The translations under genes and the position numbers were made by a program. Below are positions 57,180 through 64,000 of a stretch of DNA of 64,000 bases, piece by piece. Origin of the DNA: Candidatus Latescibacterota bacterium (GTDB taxonomy: Bacteria > Krumholzibacteriota > Krumholzibacteriia > WVZY01); the NCBI GenBank assembly GCA_963791045.1, contig CAWBQK010000004.1, positions 96,001 through 160,000 of the forward strand, in the 5' to 3' direction. The number at the start of each line of letters is the position of its first letter. Position 1 is the stretch's first letter. The notes below the pieces were generated by a model, which saw nothing but the letters and a program-made list of their open reading frames with translations, made no database searches and was not told where the DNA came from.

Positions 57180-58291
57180 ATCGGATTCCGCTTGTCTTCG
57201 CCGGACGACGCGGGAGTCGAACGCCCCAACACATCGAGCAGGTTTTCCTCCACCATCTCCGCCGTCAGGTTTCGCAGGCAGCTTATGTGACCGCACACAT
57301 GGCTGTGGCAGGGCCGGCATTCGATAGGGATGAACGCCGAAACATAGGGTCCGTATCGCTCGTACGGAAACCAGATATCGGGTTCGGCGCTCCCGAAAAT
57401 CCCGACCGTCGGTGTGCCGACGGCTACAGAGACGTGCATGATCCCGCCATCGCTTATCACAAGAGCGTCGAGCGCTTCGACCACCGCCGCGGTTTCGCGG
57501 ATGGGAAACGTCGGGAGGTATACGGCGCTCTCACCCAGATTATCCCGCAGTTCATCCTGGTAAGCTTCCTCGCCGGGCCCGATCAATACGACGAGTTGAA
57601 ATCCGTGACGGTCGGCAAGGTTCTTTCCCAGCGTGGCGAACTGATCGACGGGCCAGCGTTTGACTTCCCACTTCCCCCCCGGATGCAGTCCGATAAGTGG
57701 TCCTTTATCGGCAGACACGCCAAATTCACCGAGACGCCCGCGCGCGCCTCGCTTCTCTTCCGAACTCAAAGTTAATTCCGGCTTCCCGGGAGTGACCCCC
57801 TCGATCCCCAACGGCGTTAAATGAAACAGGTGGTGATCGATGGCGCTTCGAATAGACCGGGGCGTTTGCATTGGGTGTGTGTAGAGATGGCGTCTTCCCC
57901 TGCGTGCTCCACCGATTCGCATGCGTGCACCACTGAGCCAGGTGAGGAGCGCGCTCCGCGGGTTCGAATAGAGATCGATCGCCACGGAATATTTGCCGCG
58001 CCGGAGATCGGCAATCAAACGCGCGGTCGCCATCGGTCCCTCTCCACTCTCGGGCACCCTGAGGACTCGATCAAAAAGAGGATCGCCTTCGAGTACCGCC
58101 GCGCCATCCGCGCGCGCGAGGTAATCGATTTTTGCGTCGGGGTATTTGTTTTTAATGGCGTGGACGGCGGGAAGCGTGAGGATTACATCGCCGAGATACT
58201 GGAGACGGCTGACGAGTATCCGGCCGCCCCCGGACAATTCGTCGGAAACCCGTTTTTCCAAACCGCTTTTCAACGAGGGTTCACTCCTCAC
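57176..58291 (-). CDS. GT9 heptosyltransferase-like
   Basis: RLQYLGDV; HPGG..KRWP; DGGIMH..AVGTPTVGIFG; CRPC. Confidence 0.88.
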   Translation of the reverse strand: MRSEPSLKSGLEKRVSDELSGGGRILVSRLQYLGDVILTLPAVHAIKNKYPDAKIDYLARADGAAVLEGDPLFDRVLRVPESGEGPMATARLIADLRRGKYSVAIDLYSNPRSALLTWLSGARMRIGGARRGRRHLYTHPMQTPRSIRSAIDHHLFHLTPLGIEGVTPGKPELTLSSEEKRGARGRLGEFGVSADKGPLIGLHPGGKWEVKRWPVDQFATLGKNLADRHGFQLVVLIGPGEEAYQDELRDNLGESAVYLPTFPIRETAAVVEALDALVISDGGIMHVSVAVGTPTVGIFGSAEPDIWFPYERYGPYVSAFIPIECRPCHSHVCGHISCLRNLTAEMVEENLLDVLGRSTPASSGEDKRNPI

Positions 58292-58776
58292 CCGTTCTTC
58301 GAACGGCGGATTTGCTCCATCACTTCGCTGGACGCGTGAGTTTTCGGATCGCCGACAATCACCGTCTCGATCCCGAGCGATTTCGACAGCTCTCTCTCGG
58401 GAACCGTCTCAACGGTGTAGTCGGTGCCCTTGGCATGAAACGCGGGGCGAAGCGTCTTGAGCACCCGCGCAACGCTTTGGCCGGAAAAGAGCACGACGGC
58501 ATCGACCATCTCGAGCGAGGAAATAAGCTTCAGCCTTGCCGTTGCCGGCATTACCGGCCGATTCTGCCCTTTGAGAATTCGGGTGCTCGCGTCGTCGTTC
58601 AGGGCGACGACAAGAAAGTCGCCACAGAGCTTCGCTCCGTAGAGATACCGGATGTGACCCACGTGAAGAGGATCGAAACAACCGTGGGCAAGAACGACCC
58701 GTCCCGGTTTTTTCCTGTCTATCCAGGTTTTGAGTTTTACGACGCTTCTGTAAACCGGTGCACGATCGCTTCTCAT
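58288..58776 (-). CDS. Heptose-1-phosphate adenylyltransferase (RfaE domain II/HldC-like)
   Basis: GCFDPLHVGH; LVVALNDD.S; LKG..RP; KGTDY. Confidence 0.85.
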   Translation of the reverse strand: MRSDRAPVYRSVVKLKTWIDRKKPGRVVLAHGCFDPLHVGHIRYLYGAKLCGDFLVVALNDDASTRILKGQNRPVMPATARLKLISSLEMVDAVVLFSGQSVARVLKTLRPAFHAKGTDYTVETVPERELSKSLGIETVIVGDPKTHASSEVMEQIRRSKNG

Positions 58777-58871
58777 GACTTATCCACCCTTGTCTCTTCC
58801 GGTTCGCGACACTTGTCACGCAATCATATCGTTTGTGTCTCTCCGCGCATTTCCGACGGGAGCTTATCGTA

Positions 58872-59918
58872 TCAGTCCGTTCCTCTATTTTCGATATTCA
58901 TTTTGAGGAAATCACGAGCGGCATCAAGAACGCTTGCGATCGTAATCCCCTCGTAACATTCAAGTTGCGTCGGGCACTCCCGCCGAAAGCACGGCGAACA
59001 GTGAACCGGATGACGAAGCACGCGAACCGTTTTGCCCAACGGCGCCGTCCACGTCGGTGAGGTCGACCCAAATATAACGACAACCGGCACACCCATCGAC
59101 GCCGCGATATGCGGCGACCCACTGTCGTTTGCGATCACAGCGCGCGCGCCGCCGAGAAGCGCGACGAACTGCCCCAGGCCCGTCGCTCCAGAGAGATTGT
59201 AAACCCCGGAGCAACCATCGGCTATCGAATCGCACAGAGCCCTCTCGCCAACCGCTCCGCCGAGAACAACCGGCATCTCGGTCGATAGCATCCGGACCAG
59301 CTCTTTGTATTTTTCCTTCGGCCACGATTTTGTCGGCCCGTATGTCGCCCCCGGGACCACAACGACGTAGTCACCATCGGCGACTCCCGCGTCCTTCAAT
59401 ATGGCATGCAGTTCTTCGCGATCACTTTTCATCGCTACCACGGCCGGTCGATCGAACGAATGTCCCGCTTCGACGCCTAGCCGCTCGAGCAGCATCCGCC
59501 CGAGTGTCACATAGGTGGTCGACAGGTGTTCGTCGCGAAGTCCTTCCTCACCCAACGAAACATTGAGAAGCGCGCCTCTGCGATCCGCGCGCACACCACA
59601 CCTCACCCCAACACCACCCAGATAAGGACCCAACGCACTCGAGAAAGACGGCGGTAAAATCACAACCCCGTCGATACACAAACGGCGATGCAACCGGGCC
59701 TGTTCCCAAACCCGCCCGAGACGGCCGCCGTCTCCGAGGATTACAACGTCCTTCGCTTCATCGAGTCCGAGATACACACGCGATGCGTAGCCACGCGACA
59801 CAACGGTCACACGCACGCCCGGCGCAGCGGCGAGATACCCGACAAGCGGTAAGCTCATCACGGCGTCACCCACCCAGGTCGGCGCGACCAGCGCAATTTT
59901 TTTTGCATTGGAATTCAT
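58872..59918 (-). CDS. waaF: LPS heptosyltransferase II
   Basis: PTWVGDAVM; LPPSFSSA; PGATYGPTKSW; NDSG..HIAA; CSPCF.RECP. Confidence 0.85.
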   Translation of the reverse strand: MNSNAKKIALVAPTWVGDAVMSLPLVGYLAAAPGVRVTVVSRGYASRVYLGLDEAKDVVILGDGGRLGRVWEQARLHRRLCIDGVVILPPSFSSALGPYLGGVGVRCGVRADRRGALLNVSLGEEGLRDEHLSTTYVTLGRMLLERLGVEAGHSFDRPAVVAMKSDREELHAILKDAGVADGDYVVVVPGATYGPTKSWPKEKYKELVRMLSTEMPVVLGGAVGERALCDSIADGCSGVYNLSGATGLGQFVALLGGARAVIANDSGSPHIAASMGVPVVVIFGSTSPTWTAPLGKTVRVLRHPVHCSPCFRRECPTQLECYEGITIASVLDAARDFLKMNIENRGTD

Positions 59919-59926
59919 TGGAGAAA

Positions 59927-61786
59927 TCAGGTGACGAGCCCGAACTGGAGATCGTAGAGCCGCTTGTATACACCCTTGGAGCCGATCAATTCTTTGTGCG
60001 TTCCGAACTCTCGAATCTCTCCGTCCTCGAGAACGAGGATTTTGTGCGCGTTCTGAACCGTCGAGAGCCGGTGCGCAATAACAAATGTCGTCCGCCCTTT
60101 CAAGAGCCGGTCGATCGCTTCCTGGACAAGAATCTCGCTCTCCGTGTCGAGGGCACTCGTCGCCTCGTCAAAAATCAGAATCTGCGGATCTTTGAGAATC
60201 GCCCGGGCGATCGAGATACGCTGGCGTTGCCCGCCCGAGATCTGGGTTCCTCTCTCCCCGATCACCGTGTCATACCCGTTCGACAGCATCGAGATGAACT
60301 CGTGAGCATTCGCCGCCTTCGACGCTTCAACGACCCGCTCAATGGCATAATCACCGACGCCGTAGGCAATGTTGTTGCGAACCGTATCGTTGAACAGAAT
60401 GACATCCTGCGTCACAATCCCCATTAGCGAACGAAGCGATTTGAGCCCAACGTCCTTGATGTCCACGCCGTCGATGAGAATACGTCCCGCCGACGGATCG
60501 TAGAACCTCGGTATCAAATCAACCAGTGTGCTTTTCCCTGCTCCGCTCGGACCAACCAGCGCGATAACCTCGCCTGGTTTGACGGCGAGTTCGATGTTCC
60601 GGAGCACCGGGCGATCTTGAATGTATTCAAATGAGACGGACTCGAATTTGATTTCTTTTTCGAATTTCGCCTCGCGCGTTACCCCGGGTACATCTATGGG
60701 CTCGGTTTTTGTATCAAGGACGACGAACACGCGCTGCGCGCAGGCGAGGCTCTCCTGGATGGTGTTGTTGAGTTTGCTCAGATTCTTGACCGGCTGCACT
60801 ACCCAGATCATCGCGCCGACAAAAAGCACGAGATTTTCGGGGCTGATCGACTTCGAAAGAACGAGATTTCCGCCGTAAAAGAGGATGACGACGATCGAAA
60901 ACGCGCCGAGAAGTTCGGACGTCGGAGAAGACACCGCACCCCACAATTTCATCTTCAAAAACTGCCGCATGTACTTGAAATTGAATTTCGAAAAACGCGC
61001 CTCTTCGTATCCGCTCGCGTTGAACGCTTTGACGACACGCATCCCCGCGATACTCTCGTCGAGGACGGCGGTCATGTCTGCCATTCCTTCCTGCGTTCTG
61101 TGGCTCCGTTTCTTGAGTTTTTGTCCGATAAAGTTGATAAGGAGCAAATTGATCGGAACGACGGTGAACGTCAACACCGAGAGTTTCCAGCTCACGATCA
61201 GCACGACGAACAATCCGATGACGGTCATGAGGCCGTTACGCACCACACTCGCCGCAACCCCTATTATCGCGCCTTCGAGCCTGTTGACGTCATTTGTCAT
61301 CCGGGAAATGATATGCCCCGTCTTTTCTCGTTCGAAAAACGAGAGTGGGAGCATCATGATGTGGGCGTAAACCTGATTTCTTATCTTGAAAAGCACCGAC
61401 TGCTCGAGGTACACCGTCAGATAGGTCTGGAGATACCCGAATATGTTCTTAATTAAAAAAAGCGCTACGAGAATCATGCAGAACCGAAGCAGGCGCTCCT
61501 TCGCGTCCCCCGCGTACATTCGCTTCTCAAACCACCCCTGCGCGCTGTTCTTGACACCCTCGATAAACGGCGGCAGCGGTATCCCCTGAGCGGCGCCCTC
61601 CGGCGCCGTCTCCACTTGCTCCACCGGGAGACCATCGTCCCCATACAACACGATCCGCAAGAATGGGTGGATCAATGTGAGTGACACCCCGCTGAGAGAC
61701 GCGAACAAGGTCACCGTCAAAAACAAGAGGATGAGCTTACGCCAATACGGCAGGACGTATTTCAACAACCTGGAATACGTTTCCAT
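59927..61786 (-). CDS. msbA: MsbA-like ABC transporter (lipid A-core flippase)
   Basis: TM domain plus GPSGAGKST, ISGGQRQR, DEATSALD, IAHRLST; LPS gene context. Confidence 0.85.
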   Translation of the reverse strand: METYSRLLKYVLPYWRKLILLFLTVTLFASLSGVSLTLIHPFLRIVLYGDDGLPVEQVETAPEGAAQGIPLPPFIEGVKNSAQGWFEKRMYAGDAKERLLRFCMILVALFLIKNIFGYLQTYLTVYLEQSVLFKIRNQVYAHIMMLPLSFFEREKTGHIISRMTNDVNRLEGAIIGVAASVVRNGLMTVIGLFVVLIVSWKLSVLTFTVVPINLLLINFIGQKLKKRSHRTQEGMADMTAVLDESIAGMRVVKAFNASGYEEARFSKFNFKYMRQFLKMKLWGAVSSPTSELLGAFSIVVILFYGGNLVLSKSISPENLVLFVGAMIWVVQPVKNLSKLNNTIQESLACAQRVFVVLDTKTEPIDVPGVTREAKFEKEIKFESVSFEYIQDRPVLRNIELAVKPGEVIALVGPSGAGKSTLVDLIPRFYDPSAGRILIDGVDIKDVGLKSLRSLMGIVTQDVILFNDTVRNNIAYGVGDYAIERVVEASKAANAHEFISMLSNGYDTVIGERGTQISGGQRQRISIARAILKDPQILIFDEATSALDTESEILVQEAIDRLLKGRTTFVIAHRLSTVQNAHKILVLEDGEIREFGTHKELIGSKGVYKRLYDLQFGLVT

Positions 61787-61812
61787 TCGAATACCCTTTT
61801 TTTAGAATCGGG

Positions 61813-62907
61813 TTATTCTACACCGGTAAAGTGGAGGAGGGTATCAATTTTTGAGTTGAATTCTTCGAGGGAGAGACGCTGGCCCTTAACCCCTTGCAGA
61901 ATTTGCACCCACGGGGTTCCCTTGGGGAGCCAATTGTCCGAGTCGTGACGTGTAAAAAGTCCGACGGTGGGAAGTCTCATGCTCACGGCGAAGTGGAAGT
62001 AATCGGTGTTCCCCGCGAGAAGGATGTCCGCGCAGGAGAGCAGAGAGATTCCTTCCTTGGCGTTCTTGGGCTCGATATCGATGACGTCCGCACGAATCTT
62101 CGACCTGAACGCGGCGAGCCGCTTGGCATCGAGGTTGTTCGACAGGACAATGACCTTGCTCGGTATTCGGCGGGACACCTGATTCACCAGATAGGTAAAC
62201 GATTCATCCACCAGCCGGTGCTGGCCCTTGCCCATACCCGGATCCACGGCGATAAGCTTGGTGCTCTTGTTTGGTTTGTGGAAATGAACCTGCTGTTTCG
62301 CCCAGCGGACATCCTGATCCGGAAGGGCCCATGATGGAAGCGGCCCCTGAGCGTTCAACCCAAGTGCGGTAAGAAACGACCGGCATTTCAATCCCTCGTA
62401 TACCTGAGAGTCACCAACACGAATTTCGCAGTTCACGAAAGGAAAACTCTTTTCGCCCGAATACCCGACCCTCACCCGTGCCTGCGCGCCCAGCGCAATC
62501 ATTGCCCGCGGAAGGTTGAATTCCGAACCGAGCAGAAACACGACGCCAAAATCCCGCGAACGGACACGCTTGACCAGAGAGAAGAACGTCGTCGAAGACA
62601 ACGCGAGATGGGTCGGCTCGTAGCTGATCATCTCGTTGACCTCGCCCATCGACCGCACAAACTCGCTGTTTCCCTCGCGCACGAGAAAGGTCACCCGCAT
62701 GTCCGGGTAGCGTTCCTTCAAGTACTTGAGAACGGGGGCGAAAAAGAGGATCTCTGTAAGCTCCCCGGAGTCTATAACGAGCACACGGGAGTGGTTCCCG
62801 ATGTCGCCGGGAAGTGAAAACGCCTCGGTTCCGGCCATACGACCGATAAACGGGCTCAGAAGCCCGATCATCTTGTCACTCTTTGGGAGAATCGATGTTA
62901 CGCCCAT
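61813..62907 (-). CDS. Divergent GT9-family protein
   Basis: GT9-like layout (..P.L..LK..YP; RVRVGY; GNTDYFHFA....PTVGLF) but GD replaced by TE. Confidence 0.65.
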   Translation of the reverse strand: MGVTSILPKSDKMIGLLSPFIGRMAGTEAFSLPGDIGNHSRVLVIDSGELTEILFFAPVLKYLKERYPDMRVTFLVREGNSEFVRSMGEVNEMISYEPTHLALSSTTFFSLVKRVRSRDFGVVFLLGSEFNLPRAMIALGAQARVRVGYSGEKSFPFVNCEIRVGDSQVYEGLKCRSFLTALGLNAQGPLPSWALPDQDVRWAKQQVHFHKPNKSTKLIAVDPGMGKGQHRLVDESFTYLVNQVSRRIPSKVIVLSNNLDAKRLAAFRSKIRADVIDIEPKNAKEGISLLSCADILLAGNTDYFHFAVSMRLPTVGLFTRHDSDNWLPKGTPWVQILQGVKGQRLSLEEFNSKIDTLLHFTGVE

Positions 62908-62959
62908 TTTTTATCCATTCGTGGGTTATCGATTGTATTCTTGCAAGTTGAGGGCCAAA

Positions 62960-64000
62960 TCACTCCCAGATAATGGTTTTCTCGATCGCTTCGGCCGCCA
63001 TGGTAACCCCGATGAACGTAAGGTCTTTCTTAATTGTCTCAGGGATTTCCTCGAGTTCTCTCCGGTTCGCCTTCGGGAAAATAATCGTTTTGATTCCCGC
63101 CCGGTGCGCGGCGATGATCTTGTCCTTGAGCCCTCCGATGGGAAGAACCTTGCCGGTCAGGGTCAACTCGCCCGTCATCGCATAGTCGTTTCTCAGAGGC
63201 TTGTCGAAGAGCAGCGACGCGATGGTCGTCGCAATCGCAACCCCGGCGCTGGGCCCATCCTTCGGAACGGCGCCGGCGGGGACGTGGATGTGGATATCGT
63301 GTTTATCAAAGAAATCCAATTGGCCCGATTTCGGCAAATAATTGGCGCGGATAAAACTCACCGCCGCCTCGGCGCTCTCCTTCATCACATCACCCAGCTG
63401 CCCGGTCAGCTTCATGACCCCCTTGCCGGGCATTTTCAACGCCTCGATAAAGAGGATCTCGCCACCGGTGAAAGTCTTTGCCATCCCAGTGGCGACACCC
63501 ACCGTGGGTTTTTTGAGCGCGAACTCACGGGTGTACTCTTCGATACCCAGGTACTTACGGACCGTCTTCTCCGTGACCTTCACGGAACGCTTCTTCCCCG
63601 ATGCGTGCTTCTTGGCCAGCTTGCGGCAAATCGTCCCTATTTTTCGTTCGAGTTCACGAACGCCCGCTTCGCGCGTATAGCCGTTGACAATATGGCGGTA
63701 ACCCTCATCGGTCACCGTGAGCGCCTTTGCCGGCAAACCGTTCTCGTCAACCTGCCTCGGAAGAAGGTAGCGCTTGGCGATCTCGATTTTCTCGAGCGTG
63801 ATATACCCCGGAAGATCCATCACCTCCATGCGGTCGAGAAGCGGTCGCGGAATCGTGTCGAGAAGATTGGCGGTCGTGATGAACAGAACCTTGGACAGAT
63901 CGCACGGCACGTTCAAATAGTGATCCTCGAAGGCGTTGTTCTGGGCGGGGTCGAGGACCTCAAGGAGAGCGGCCGCCGGGTCACCCCGAAAATCGTTTCC
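62960..64000 (-). CDS. lon: Lon protease, C-terminal part (5' truncated by the window)
   Basis: GDPAAALLEVLDP; TANLLDTIP.PLLDRME; YTREAGVR; PKDGPSAG; IGGLKDK. Confidence 0.97.
   Translation of the reverse strand, partial: GNDFRGDPAAALLEVLDPAQNNAFEDHYLNVPCDLSKVLFITTANLLDTIPRPLLDRMEVMDLPGYITLEKIEIAKRYLLPRQVDENGLPAKALTVTDEGYRHIVNGYTREAGVRELERKIGTICRKLAKKHASGKKRSVKVTEKTVRKYLGIEEYTREFALKKPTVGVATGMAKTFTGGEILFIEALKMPGKGVMKLTGQLGDVMKESAEAAVSFIRANYLPKSGQLDFFDKHDIHIHVPAGAVPKDGPSAGVAIATTIASLLFDKPLRNDYAMTGELTLTGKVLPIGGLKDKIIAAHRAGIKTIIFPKANRRELEEIPETIKKDLTFIGVTMAAEAIEKTIIWE

Overview
Bacterial chromosomal window, almost entirely minus-strand genes, from a Gram-negative (LPS) organism. A FlgD/T9SS-like C-terminal domain and an 'STWGxVK' C-terminal tail suggest an FCB-group lineage such as Krumholzibacteriota/Latescibacterota/Eisenbacteria (inference). 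From left to right: a partial PDZ protein and a secreted arylsulfotransferase-like protein; an 8-gene carotenoid operon (crtY-crtE-crtI-crtB-DUF2141-crtT-crtU-crtV-like) that looks able to make an aromatic, isorenieratene-type carotenoid; a methyltransferase, a frameshifted fasciclin lipoprotein, a STAS protein, a VPS10/BNR protein, a PepSY protein and a secreted unknown protein; a czcI-CBA-like heavy-metal RND efflux operon next to tRNA-Cys; an acyltransferase and a SIMPL gene lying between tRNA-Gly and tRNA-Cys; a SPOR lipoprotein; a large Wzx/Wzy polysaccharide locus (about 27-56 kb) with unusual accessory genes (radical SAM, Pol-beta-like nucleotidyltransferase plus AlkP-superfamily pair, degenerate BY-kinase next to an ExeA-like ATPase, Thr-type sulfatase-like protein, DHS-like protein); an LPS core block (four GT9 genes, hldC-like, msbA); and the 3' part of lon. 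Five apparent single-base indels in four genes between 9.9 and 22.5 kb probably reflect assembly errors. No CRISPR array, rRNA, transposase or integrase was seen. All calls come from motif reading by eye, not database searches.
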